This document shows, piece after piece, positions 23,917 to 35,754 of a stretch of DNA of 64,000 bases. The stretch is from Octopus bimaculoides (lineage: Eukaryota). The translations under genes and the position numbers were made by a program. The stretch covers positions 66,927,200 to 66,991,199 of the forward strand of contig NC_068982.1 in assembly GCF_001194135.2 (NCBI RefSeq), in the 5' to 3' direction. The notes below the pieces were generated by a model. The model made no database searches. It saw nothing but the letters and a program-made list of their open reading frames with translations, and had not been told where the DNA came from. The number at the start of each line of letters is the position of its first letter. The first letter of the stretch is position 1.

Positions 23917-23998
23917 ATAGATGAGTGCGTTTTTTGTGTTTATTCCATTCCAAAAACGCACACACATATGTACACACACACACATTTAGATATAAATA

Positions 23999-24213
23999 GT
24001 TATGATTGGTCTATGGGGTTACCCAGGGTTTCATGTCTGTAAAGCACTCAGCTTTAAAGCATCTCATCAGGCCCTAATGGTCAGTGGTCTATAACCTCTC
24101 TTCAAAGTGGGGGGAGAAAAGGCTTTGTGGTTAGTTGTTGAATATACAGACAAAGGAGAATGGTTAAGTGCACGGATGCGAAACTCTGGGTAACCTCATA
24201 GACCAGCCATAAC
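23999..24213. mobile_element. Element with ~35-bp terminal inverted repeats containing a hammerhead (PLE inverted-pLTR-like)
   Basis: GTTATGATTGGTCTATGGGGTTACCCAGGGTTTC ... GAAACTCTGGGTAACCTCATAGACCAGCCATAAC. Confidence 0.7.
24016..24074 (-). ncRNA. Degenerate type I hammerhead ribozyme motif (HHR2)
   Basis: GGGC-CUGAUGA-G-AUG-CUUU-AAAGC-UGAGU-GCUUU-ACAGA-CAU-GAAA-CCC-U-GGG-UA-ACCC; core intact, helix II lacks the partner of G10.1, helix I has a C.A mismatch. Confidence 0.6.
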
Positions 24214-24598
24214 TATCTTTATCTAAATATTCTGTTCTATAACTTAGAGTGTACTTCTCTTTTGGATTTATAATTTACTAATAATATTTGCATACATACT
24301 TGTGTGTGTGTATTATGTGTATGTGTATGTTTTTTTTTTTTGTGTTTGTCCTCCTTCTATCGTTTTAGAAACAGTGTTGGTTTGTTTACATCTCCATAAC
24401 CTTAATCATGCAGTTTGGCAAAGTAGACTGATAAAATAAATACTAGACATAATAGCAATAAAAAAAAAAGTACTGAGGTAAATTTTTTCAGCTAAAACTT
24501 TCATTGTGGTGCTCCAGGATGGCCACAATCCAATCACTGGAACAAGTAAAAGATAAATAATAGAAAATAATGAAGAAAAAGAAAAAAAAACCAAACCA

Positions 24599-24693
24599 GG
24601 AAAAGAAATGGCAGTTACATCAATATGGTATTATGAGAGCCAATGGTTCTAAAAATACATAACACAGTTAGTAACATGAACAGTGAGTAGACA
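24599..24693 (+). repeat. Left copy of a near-identical long-range inverted repeat
   Basis: Equals the reverse complement of 29161-29251 except one substitution and a 4-nt insertion. Confidence 0.9.
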
Positions 24694-24849
24694 GTTGTGT
24701 TGAAGATAAAAAAGAAGGTTCATATTCATACATTTAACTACACCAAACTGAATATTGCTTAGAGGCAATTACATAACAAACTGTGATGCTTTGTTCTGTA
24801 GAAAGTTCAGTGGAAACATTTCTTAGAATGACAAGAAATTATGTGAGGA

Positions 24850-24902
24850 TGTGTGTGTGTGTTTGTGTGTACATATATATGTGTGTGTATGTGTATGCAT
24901 AC

Positions 24903-24934
<32 letters not shown>

Positions 24935-24952
24935 TATGTATAGATACATATT

Positions 24953-24985
<33 letters not shown>

Positions 24986-25200
24986 ATATATGTATGTATA
25001 TATATATATATATATGTATGTATATATGTATGTATGTATCATCATATATATATATGATGATACATATATATATATAAATATAAATAATACAAACACACAC
25101 ACACAGATAGATAGATAGATAGATAGATAGATAAATAGAGAGAGGGAGAGAGAGAGAAAGAGAGAGAGAGGGGGGGGCAAGGAAGGAGGGAATGAGAACA
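24850..25200. repeat. Compound microsatellite (GT/AT/GATA/GA)
   Basis: Direct reading. Confidence 0.95.
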
Positions 25201-25602
25201 AGAGAAAAGGACAGTGAGAAATAGAAAATGAGAGAGAATCAGCAGACAGATTGTAAGAGATGATATGCACAAATTGACAAGAGAAGTAATGATTCAATGT
25301 CTGCAAGAATATGTCCAAGTGGAACGGGTAATTTCATTTTAGACACTGATATATTGAGAGGTAAATGAATGAGATCTTTTCCAAAATAGATAGTAAAAGT
25401 GTTGAAGTATATAGGCAGATCTATCTATTTCTAAACAGGTGAGAATTTTAGCTTGATTCTTTCAGTATATTTCAACATGAAATATAGCTATAAGTGAGAC
25501 AATGTGGGAGTCTTGACGTGGTTACTCAAGTTGCTAGAAGTAACAGCTAAACTTTTCTCAAATCACACAATGCATTTTTTTAAAATAAAGACTAATCTAA
25601 GA

Positions 25603-25652
25603 ACATCTGCATCTAAGAACACATTGACTAATGTGTTCTTAGATGCAGATGT
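25603..25652. repeat. Perfect 23-bp hairpin with 4-nt loop
   Basis: ACATCTGCATCTAAGAACACATT-GACT-AATGTGTTCTTAGATGCAGATGT. Confidence 0.95.
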
Positions 25653-26020
25653 GGCTTGTAGGTGTAGTTAGGAAGTTTGCTTCCCAAGCACATGATTTCA
25701 GGTTCAGTCTCACTGTGTGATACCTTCAGCAAGAGTCTTCTACTACAGTCCTGGGTCAACCAAAGTCTTGTAAGTGGATTTGCTTCCTTGCCTTGTCATT
25801 GTGTGAGTTGTAAATGAGTGTCACTGTCATACAAGCAGTGTCATTCATCTTCAATATTCAGTGCAAATGTATCTGGTATTGGGGAAATATTACTTTGCTT
25901 GGAAACAAGTGATGGTTGGTGACAAGAAGGTATCTGACTGTAGAAAATTTGCCTCAATAAATTCCATCAGACACACACAAGCATGGAAAAATGAGCATTG
26001 AACTGATGACCATGACTGAG
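25645..26020 (+). mobile_element. SINE family C with RTE-type tail
   Basis: Head GTTAGGAAGTTTGCTTCCCAAGCACATG...; tail GGAAACAAGTGATGGTTGGTGACAAGAAGG...GCATGGAAAAATG. Confidence 0.75.
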
Positions 26021-26352
26021 CCTTTTAGCAATGAGATAATCAGGGTTAAAAAACAACAACAACAGCACCATGGATGCGAAAATGCTTGAAATGAAATGAT
26101 AACTATAAAATGATATAATTAAATATTATATCTAAACATATGGTAATTCTAAAATATAAACAGAAATTCTATACTGAAGCATGTGGATGTATTAAAATAC
26201 CTAAGGAAGTACTGTAATGAAGGAATCTAAAATACAGAGAGAAATTTTATAGCTAAATATGGTGGAGATATTAAAAAGTAGAAAGAAGTCTAAAATACTG
26301 GAATCTGAAAATTTTAAATAAACTTTCCACAGGTGAGAATGCCTAAACTACT

Positions 26353-26583
26353 CTTTTACTGTTTTACTTGTTTCAGTCATTAGACTGTGGCTATGCTGGA
26401 GCACCGACTCTAGTCGAGCAAATCGACCCCAGGACTTATTCTTTGGAAGCCTAGTACTTATTCTATCGGTCTCTTTTGCCGAACTGCTAAGTTATGGGGA
26501 TGTAAACACACCAGCATCGGTTATCAAGCGATGTTGGGGTGGGGTGGGGTGGGGGAAACACAAACACACAAACATATACACAC

Positions 26584-26618
<35 letters not shown>

Positions 26619-26778
26619 CGACGGGCTTCTTTCAGTTTCCGTCTATCAAATCCACTCACAAGGCTTTGGTCGGCCCGAGGCTATAGTAGAAGACACTTGC
26701 CCAAGGTGCCACACAGTGGGACTGAACCCAGAACCATGTGGTTGGTAAGCAAGCTACTTACCACACAGCCACTCCTAC
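26353..26778 (-). mobile_element. SINE family C, well-preserved full copy
   Basis: Retains many CpGs; head GGCTGTGTGGTAAGTAGCTTGCTTACCAACCACATGGTTCTGGGTTCAGTCCCACTG, core CACCTTGGGCAAGTGTCTTCTACTATAGCCTCGGGCCGACC, internal (TA/TG)n. Confidence 0.9.
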
Positions 26779-27330
26779 GGCCATCATTCGCAAGGAAGTA
26801 TGACATGGTAACATGTACTATCCTTTTACTTATTGATTTAAGTGTTCATGTAGTCACAAGCAAACACAAACACCTTCTCAGCCCTCACATACTAGATCCA
26901 GCAGAGCATCCAAGTTGTGAGAACTGGAGGGATAGAGGGATAATGCTGAGTCTTGACCATTCCATCCATTTCTATATCCAACACTATTGTATTCACTGTG
27001 TCCTTTCTCTTTTCATCATGATAGGGTGTGATCTGAGGTACATTTGGCTGGTATTTCTAGCAAGTTTGGTAAGCACATAGGTGCTTCCCACAGTGGTTTG
27101 ATCAGTTGTATCATGCAGGAGAGGTGGTTAGGTTAGTAGGCAGGTGTAACGTGAAGGGCCAGAACCTGTTTGGTAGAAATGTGCAACAATGTAACAACTG
27201 AAGATACATACCTTAGCAGTATCTAACCAATGAAATCTTGGGAAGATGTGGTTCAAATTAATATAATGATATGGGAAAACATGATTAAGAACAAGTACAA
27301 AGATATGTGAAGTTGTGATGTGAACAGAAA

Positions 27331-27527
27331 TAACCCTTTAACATTTAAACCAGCCATATCCAACCAAAATATTCTGCCTGCTTTATATTCAAACAGGTCA
27401 GATCTAACCTCTCACACCTATTCTACAATGTCAGTCTAAAAAATGAACAATCATGCCATCAAAATCTTGAAGCTATAAGATGATTTATGATTAACGCAAA
27501 ACAATGTGAATAAATATGCATTACATG
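27331..27527. mobile_element. piggyBac-type MITE family 1, truncated
   Basis: Begins AACCCTTTAACATTTAAACCAGCCATATCC; homologous to 8377-8590. Confidence 0.7.
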
Positions 27528-27564
27528 TCCCACCCCTTTCAAAATTCCTTGTTTTGCAAGTTAC

Positions 27565-27870
27565 TTGGTGACCCTGCCAGTGCTGGTGCCACGTAAACAG
27601 CATCCAGTCCACACTGTGAAGTGGTTAACATTTGGAAGGGCAACTAGCTGTAGAAACCTTGCCAAAACAGACCTCATTTGTGCTGGTGCCACGTAAAAAG
27701 CACTCGGTCCACTCAACAGGATGGTTGGTGTTAGGAAGGGCATCCAGCCATAAAAACCATGTCGAAAGAGACACAGTAGCCTTGGGTAGTCTTCTACCTG
27801 GCCAGCTCCTGTCCAACTGTCCAACCCATACCAGCATGGAAGACAGATGTTAAATGATGACGATGATGAT
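27565..27870 (+). mobile_element. RTE-type 3'UTR (family D) with internal duplication
   Basis: TGCTGGTGCCACGTAAA occurs twice; ends CCAGCATGGAAGACAGATGTTAAATGATGACGATG. Confidence 0.8.
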
Positions 27871-28684
27871 ACATTTGATGAAGTAATCTGAATACTAAAG
27901 AGTTAAAGATGTTACGGGAAGATATGGCATGCATAGATACAAAATATTGAGTCTCACAGATGAGATGACACTGTAACAAGAGGAGTGCTTCTATGCTGTA
28001 TAACTGATCTAGCCAACGTGGGAACAGATACATTAAAATAATGTTGTAATGTATGATAATGGACATGACAGTGTTTGTTATTAAACTGTGCATTTGATGA
28101 AGCCAACAGAGTTTCTAAAGTGATTGATCTGTTACATAATGATACGTTTTTCCCTGAGAATTTCACAACTTAATAGCAGTGAAGTAGTCAACATATTTAT
28201 GTCTGTCTGTCTAGCTGAGAAGGAACTGTAATAATGTAATATATCTCGCAAGGATTTAATTTATATTTCTATCTTATCGCAGTCATTGTGGTATATCAGC
28301 TTCAGTAACATTTATATAATTGAGTGCACGTTACAGCTACATACACTGATTAAAACCAAATGGCAGTTGCACTCTATAATTAATGGTTTTCTTATAATTC
28401 AGTGTCCTGAATGTTGTTATGTATACAATGATAGAAACAACACTACATATTCAAACCTTATCAGTTTTGACCTGCTAAAAACATGACTAATCTATTGACA
28501 AACATTGCACATATTGTCTAATTTGACACCAAAGTTGATTTCTGTTGAGTATGATGAAAGTATTCCAAAAATAGGATAACAACGGAATAGAGTATATAAG
28601 TTAAAGGTTGAGTTGGGGAATCAAGGTAGAGCTATACATTCATCAAGTCATGGCTGTGTGGTCGAAAAGTTTGTTCATTAACCA

Positions 28685-29035
28685 CATGGTTGCAGGTTCA
28701 GTTTCATTGCATAGCACATTGGGCAAGTATCTTCTCCAACAGTCCCAGTCTGACCAAAGCCTTGTGAATGCATTTAGTAGACAGAAACTGAAAGAAGCCT
28801 CACTCTCTCTCTCTCTCTTTGTGTTTACTTTAGTGTTTCCGTGTCTTGAAATCATGTGATAGTTATAGGTAAGTGTCACCACCAAGAAAACGGTGTCCTT
28901 CATTACCAATCTTCTGTGAAAATATGTCTGAGCATGAAGATCTGTTACTTTGTTTGGAAACAGGTGAGGGTTGGCTTAATGAATTCTGTCCGTCCCATGT
29001 GAGCATGACAAAATGGATGGTAAAACAATGATGAT
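28685..29035 (+). mobile_element. SINE family C with RTE-type tail
   Basis: CATGGCTGTGTGGTCGAAAAG...TTGGGCAAGTATCTTCT...(CT)n...GGAAACAGGTGAGGGTTGG. Confidence 0.75.
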
Positions 29036-29160
29036 AATTTACATGCCATGGGCTAGCAATAAACCTAATGTTTTGAACAAATCACACACACACACATACA
29101 CTTTTCCCCCTTCAATGGAAAACTTTGCTCGAAATTCTTGCTTTCACAAGCCATTTGAAG

Positions 29161-29251
29161 TGTCTACTCACTGTTCATGTTACTGTGTTATGTATTTTTA
29201 GAACCATTGGCTCTCATAATACCATATTGATGTAACTGCTATTTCTTTTCC
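29161..29251 (-). repeat. Right copy of the long-range inverted repeat
   Basis: See 24599-24693. Confidence 0.9.
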
Positions 29252-29374
29252 TTCATTAGTTTCTATTGTTTAAATCTGAGTGCTTTATGGGTGTGAAAAA
29301 ATGGATAGATCACTGCTAATTTCTCTGGACTCTGGTTTTTATTTATTGTATATTAATTAAATATAGTAATATTG

Positions 29375-29575
29375 GTTTCAAATTTTGGCACAAAATCAGC
29401 AACTTGTGGGGGAGGGAGAGGATAATTCAATCACATCAACCTCAAGATTCAACTGGTACTTATTCTATCAACCCCAAAAGGATGAAAGGCAAAGATGACC
29501 TCAGAACACTCAATTGGAAGAAATACTGCTAAGCATCTTTTCCAGTGTGGTAACTATTCTGCCAGCTTGCCACCT
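29375..29575 (-). mobile_element. SINE family A
   Basis: Plus strand reads CTGGTACTTATTCTATCAACCCCAAAAGGATGAAAGGCAAAG...TCTGCCAGCTTGCCACCTT. Confidence 0.8.
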
Positions 29576-30737
29576 TCTAAATAAATATGGTAATATTAAT
29601 TAATGCAAGCAATAACTTTCATTCCCACCCACTCTTTTAGTAAAAACAAAAAACAAAAACAAAGGTAATTTAATTCAGTAGTGTATTATTTCTACTGAAT
29701 ATTTTACACCTGGCATGGATGAAGTTTTGGACAAAGTATTTTACAAACGGATGTTCTTACTTAGCCAACACCTCAAACTTGCACTTCTTATTTGTTAGCC
29801 AGTTAAATTGACATGTATAAAATGATGTGCTTTACTTAATAAGATAGAATGAATATACCAGCAGAAAACCACAGACTTTGTCTGCACACACTAAGTTATG
29901 TAAACACATGGTAGCTACAATACTACCTTGATTATATACTGAAACAGAATAACACTGCTTATTTGAAGTCAATACAAAATACTATCCATCAAACTTGTCA
30001 TCCCTAGGGTGTCACAAACAATAAACAACATGAAGTATTTTTATTAGTATTCTCTTTGATTCTGTAATCAATATTAAGCAGCTAATAGACTTAGGAGGTT
30101 ATTTGGAAGCTATTCAGCACAAACTTACATTATTTATCAAAACCCTATCTAAATATCATTAAAGATATTTTTAGATAACTTATACAGTGCCTCTAGCAAC
30201 CAAGGGATTAAGCATTGATATTAAAATGACAGCACAGCAACAAACTTCAGCTCCAAATATATCAGTTAGTTATAAAATATATCCTATCTTTTTCTCTGTC
30301 CTTCATGCTAAATTTTATATATATCATGCCATAAATATATCATAGTTCTGTTTAATCCTTTATGGTGGTTCATGGTTCACTACAATTGTATATTTCTCTT
30401 ATCTTTCCATAAAAATGGTTTCCAACATTTTATAATCAGATTACAAAGAATTCATTCATTTTAGATCGATTTTGAAAATCTTTTTTTCTTCACGTAAGCA
30501 TGGGTTAGATGAATACATGTTATCAAGGCATTGTTCTTTCAGCCTAATGCCCTTCATGCCTGTTTTTCAAGTAAGAGATGCTTCATTTTAATTGTCTTTG
30601 AAAGTGCAAAGCTACCCAACACTATGCTAACCAGGAATTAGTTGTCAATGAAGTCACTACCCATTTCTCAGAGATTTTTGCAAAGAAGCATCAAATGTAA
30701 ACATTCCCACAGGCACATACACATGTATATGCATGTG

Positions 30738-30779
<42 letters not shown>

Positions 30780-30780
<1 letters not shown>

Positions 30781-31190
30781 TCTTTTACTTGTTTCAGTCA
30801 TTTGACAGTAGCTATGTTGGAGCACCACCTTAAAGGATTTTAGTGAAAGAAATCAACCCCAGGACTTATTCTTTGTAAGCCTAGTACTTATTCTATCAGA
30901 CTTTTTTGCTGACCCAATAAGTTACAGGAGACATAAACACACAAGCATTGGTTGTCAAGCAATGGCGGTGGGGGACAAATACAGACACAAACTCATAAAT
31001 ACATACACAGATATACATACATACACACACACATGACAGGCTTCTTTCAGTTTCCATCTATCAAATCTACTCACAAGTTGGTTGGCCTGAGACTACAGCA
31101 GAAGACTCTTGCCCAAAGTGCCACATAGTGGGACTGAACCCAGAACCATGAAGTTGGGAAGCAAGCTTCTTACCACACAACCATGCTTTG
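30780..31190 (-). mobile_element. SINE family C, full length
   Basis: Homologous to 26353-26778. Confidence 0.85.
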
Positions 31191-31332
31191 TGTGCTTTCA
31201 TGTTGAGTTATGATAAAAACAATCTAATACTAAACTGAATAGTTACATAATGCATTTTGTGGGGTAAAAGTTTATAATACTTTGTACAAGAATAGGGGTC
31301 ACAACGACTTTGAAGTTTCAGCTTGATAGCCT

Positions 31333-31379
<47 letters not shown>

Positions 31380-31599
31380 GCTAACTAGATATTCACACAC
31401 ACATGCACGCACACACAAACACACAATGAGCTTTGTACAGTTTAACTTTGTTCTGGCATGCTGAAATCTCTAGACATTTATAACAGACTATTTTTGTCAA
31501 TGTTTAAACTAACAATCTTGTTCATAAGATGACATATGCATCCTTGACAGAAGTAGTGCTGTTACTTTTTATTTTTATTTATTCTGTATTTTGTTTTTA

Positions 31600-31940
31600 T
31601 TATTTTATTTGCTTTGGTCATTTTACTACAGCCATGCTGCAGCACTGTCTTAGAGGGCTTAGTCAAACAATGGATCTCTGTACTTAGTTTATACTATAAG
31701 TTGCTTTTTGCCGTATTGCTAAGTTCTAGGGACAAAAGCAAACCAATACTGATAGTCAAACAAAGGAGGTACAAATGCAAAGATGCACACACAAACTCAC
31801 ACATACATCTAATATATAAATGGCAATTTCAGTCTGTCAATCTGTCTGTTACCATCTTGCTACCTACACCAGTGAACCAATCTTGATGAAACTTTGCATA
31901 CATATTAAACTAAAATCCAGTTCAATTATAGGCCAATTGG
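31600..31940. mobile_element. Degenerate family C piece followed by a HINE-like fragment
   Basis: TCTGTCAATCTGTCTGTT...CCAATCTTGATGAAACTTTGCATAC resembles the 5' part of 56705-57838. Confidence 0.45.
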
Positions 31941-32567
31941 ATTTCAATAAAAATCTATAATGATTTGGCTATTATTTGATGAAATGAGAAGGGTGTAAAG
32001 AGTGTCAGTGTGAGGGAAATGTAGTGGCACAGTGAGTGTGGTTGATATCAGGGAAGGGGAGAACAGCGTTGTATAAGCGATAAATATGAAGTGACAGTGA
32101 GATGGTAATGTTAATACACTGCATACATATTTTTGTAAATGCATAGATACATGCATACACACACACACACATACAACTAACTTTTAAAATGCCAAGGAAG
32201 GGAAAGAAGTGTGGATGTGAGGAATGCGTAGCTTTAAGGAGAGAGGGGGTAGGTGGATTTTCTGCTGTCAATCACAAAGAAATACTGACACAGACACACA
32301 CACACAAACACATACATATATGCATATGTACATACATACATACACACACATGTCTACTATACACCATTTTAAACTTATGATTACCTGCGTGTACATTTGT
32401 AAATGTGTGTGTGTGTGTTTCAGAGTTTGTTTGTGTGTGTGTGTGACGTCTGTATCTCTACTTTTGTAGGGTCTTTCCTGTTGCTGTCACATATTGTGAA
32501 ATTTTAAAATTATGTCAAAATTTTCAAATTTGGTATATTGAAATAACTTTCCACACTAAATCTGATT

Positions 32568-32830
32568 TTGTTATTTATTTGTTCCAGAAAAATTGCAGAA
32601 AAATGTTACAGAAGTTTAAAGTTTAATCAATTTTACTTAATCAGAAAACAGGATTTGGAAGCTGGCATTTTCAGCATGATAGCTGTTTATCACAAAATGA
32701 AAGCAAAATCATTATGGGAAGGGATTTTTATTAAACAAACAAAAGCAAAGCATTACGACGTAAGAACCTCTGAAGTTTCAATAAGTTTTAATGAAGAAAG
32801 TCATGTGAAACGGTTGAAATAATTTAGGTA
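32568..32830 (+). other. Open frame: possible pogo/Tigger transposase HTH remnant, or host exon 32588-32759
   Basis: QDLEAGIFSMIAVYHK...IFIKQTKAKHYD...SFNEESHVKRLK loosely recalls a CENP-B-type HTH; also bounded by TTTGTTCCAG acceptor and GTAAGA donor. Confidence 0.3.
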
Positions 32831-32885
32831 ACATAAATAATTTTAAAAAGAAAAGCATCCTCAATCCAAATCCAAGGCCTCTGCC

Positions 32886-33437
32886 AGGGGTGTAGCCAGC
32901 CCACTTATGCGTACCTTCCTTCATTGGACATTAAACTCCGCTTGCAAAGACCTGTTGAGGCTAGTGAAATCGAAATCAAACTAAATTAAATGACTGGCAC
33001 CCATGCTAATGTCGTCTCCTTCATTGGACACTAAACTGAGCTTGCAAAGACCTGTTGGGGCAAGCGAAAGCGAAATCGTGATGGCACCTGTGCACAGCGT
33101 CGCCTTCCTGGCACTTGTTCCGGTGGCATGTGTAAAGACATTCGAGTGAGATCGTTACCTGTGCCTCTGGACTGGCTCCTGTGCAGGTGGCATGTAAAAT
33201 ACACCATTTTGAGCATGGCCGTTGCCAGTACCGCCTGACTGGCCTTCATGCCGGTGGCACATAAAAGCACCCACTACACTCCCTGAGTGGTTGGTGTTAG
33301 GAAGGGCATCCAGCTGTAGAAACTCTGCCAAATCAGATTGGAGCCTGGTGTAGCCATCTGGTTCACCAGTCCTCAGTCAAATCGTCCAACCCATGCTAGC
33401 ATGGAAAGCGGACATTAAACGATGATGATGATGATGA
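32886..33437 (+). mobile_element. RTE LINE 3'UTR (family D), well preserved, with internal ~100-bp repeats
   Basis: CCTTCATTGGACA(T/C)TAAACT...GCTTGCAAAGACCTGTTG occurs twice; ends CCATGCTAGCATGGAAAGCGGACATTAAAC(GAT)n. Confidence 0.85.
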
Positions 33438-33530
33438 TTTATCAGTCAATTGTCCTATGAATAAATAAGATGTAGTGTATATGATGGATTGTGTCTTTAA
33501 TTTTGTTCCATAATCGAAATGTTACATTCA

Positions 33531-33597
33531 TAGACCATATTATAGACCATACCATATTATAGACCATACCATATTATAGACCATACCATATTATAGA
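33531..33597. repeat. 17-bp tandem repeat x3 plus partial
   Basis: TATAGACCATACCATAT repeated at 33541-33591. Confidence 0.9.
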
Positions 33598-33659
33598 TGA
33601 TGACTAAAGTAATTATGATTTCATTAAAATATGCTAACAAATTTAAGCCTTTATTGTTT

Positions 33660-34020
33660 GCGAATTGATAAGGACAGCTGTGTGAAGAAGTACCACACCC
33701 TAATGGTGGAGGGAACTTGTGGAAGCGGTAGACCCAGGAAGACACAGGATGAGGTGGTGAAGCATGATCTTTGAATGTTGGGCTTCATGGAGGTGATGAC
33801 AAGTGACCTGAGACTTTTGGTGATATGCTGTGCTTAAGAAGACCTGTCAAGCCAAGTGAGATCATAGTCTAGTCATGGCCAATGCCAGTGTTGTGTAACT
33901 GGCACATAAAAATCATCCCTCAAACGTTGGGTGATATGCTGTGCTTGAGAAGACCTGTCAAACCAAGTGAAATTATAGCCGTGGCCAATGCCAGTGTCGA
34001 TTGACTGGTACCCGTGCGGG
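33660..34020 (+). mobile_element. RTE LINE ORF C-terminus plus start of 3'UTR
   Basis: DSCVKKYHTLMVEGTCGSGRPRKTQDEVVKHDL*MLG; duplicated GGTGATATGCTGTGCTT.AGAAGACCTGTCAA unit. Confidence 0.85.
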
Positions 34021-34139
34021 TTCTATAATAGAACCAGGGGTTGGTCTCAGAAAGATTGATGCCAAGAGAGTAAAGAATATATATGTTCTTATTTCTTGGA
34101 GTTAGGTATCTTTTAAAATCTGAAACAATAATAACATCT

Positions 34140-34465
34140 TTTATCTTTTACTTGTTTCAGTCACTTAACTGCATCCATGCTGGGACACCACCTTAAAGAG
34201 TTTAGTTGAACAAATCTACGCCAGTACTTATTTTAACAAATCAACCGCCTGTATTTATTCTATCAGTGTCTTTTGCTGAACTGCTAAGTTGCAAGGACAT
34301 AATCAAACTAACACCAGTTGTCAAGTAGTGGGGGTGAAGAAAGACACACACAAACCAACATGTAAGATTAGGCCTCCACAGATTTTGTCTACCAAATTTA
34401 CCCACAAAGCATCGATTAGCCTGAGGCTATAGTAGAAGACACTAAGCCAAAGTGCTAGACAGCAG
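34140..34465 (-). mobile_element. SINE family C
   Basis: Homologous to 26353-26778. Confidence 0.8.
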
Positions 34466-35754
34466 GATTAAATCTGAAACCACATAATTCTAAAGCAAGC
34501 TTCCTGACCACAAAGCCATGGTTGCATCGATTAAAAAACTTTTTTTAATGGTAGAAATCTTACAAACTAACAGACACAAGGTCAATCTCATGGTCTGAAT
34601 CTTTTGAGATGTAAAAATACAGATGTTAAAATGTGACAACAGAAGATAACTGATAGAGCTGCAAACCTCATAACAAACTTGCTAATCAGTCAATTTTGAT
34701 AACTTACAAAAATAATCCATCAACAGGCATTAATGTTTCCATTTCAGCTGAAACATTAGATGTTTCACACACAGCAACAAGATTAAAACAACCATTAACT
34801 GCTCAGACAGAAATGAGTTGGAAAACTTTCTGCTTGCTAACCTAAAACATCTCTACACGTTTATCAGTGGTTCATTTATCAGTGAACTGGGATAACACAG
34901 TACACTCAATTGTGAACCAAGATACACTTGTCACAGACAGATCTGTGATAACACAAGTTGGTAATTGGTCAAAGATTCTGCTTAACCTGCGAAAGACGTG
35001 CCCCAGCAACCACCCAATCCACAAGGCTCAGTTACCCAGAATGTACTGCTTATTGCTTGTGTTTACATGACTGTACAGCAAGATTTTGTATTTTCAATGA
35101 TTCTAATGTACAAAAAAAAAGAAAAAAAAAAGAGACAGGTGAGGGAACAACAAGCAAAGTATAGTAATGGAGAGAGAAAAAAAAAACAGTTGGGACCCAT
35201 CAACTCAACTCATGAACAGAATAAATATGAAGGGGCCTGATCTTAACATGTGATGCAAATGAGTGTACTCTCTACAGGTAAAGGTGGAGATGATTATGAA
35301 AATATCTAATGATGGAAGCTTTGCAGCTGTGGGCCATTGAGTTTAATGTCAATGAATCTACCATCCATTCCATTTACAAAGTGTGTGGAGATGATTCACT
35401 TATCACTGATCCATTTATCACTGTTTCCTTGGAATCAAATCCCCATGATAAATGAGGATTGATACATATTACACACTGAAGATAGATCTTATAGCTAGCC
35501 ATTAGACTAAATGTATTCCTGCTATATACGAGTTAAATGAATTAATCTTTCTAATGAAAAGATTATGGGTAATTTTAATGGCTTAGTGAAATCATTAAGA
35601 TATTGGACAGATTTTGTGGCATTTACTTAGGACTTTTCATGGTCTGAGTTCAAATCCGATCAAAGCCAACTCTGCTTTTCACCCTTCTGAAGATCAGTCA
35701 AATAAAGTACTAATAAAATATTAGGTGGAGTATATTTAGTTGATTATCTCATGA

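Larger units (their letters stand above)
23715..24555 (+). mobile_element. SINE family C with nested insertion in its microsatellite
   Basis: Head 23715-23880, microsatellite, insert 23999-24213, 3' part 24340-24555. Confidence 0.75.

Noticed and set aside
24783-25318. Overlapping YI/CV-rich ORFs
   Set aside because: Translations of a compound dinucleotide microsatellite.
26544-27080. Longest non-gap ORF in the track (178 aa)
   Set aside because: An antisense read-through of a family C SINE and its microsatellite into a family F piece; no domain content.
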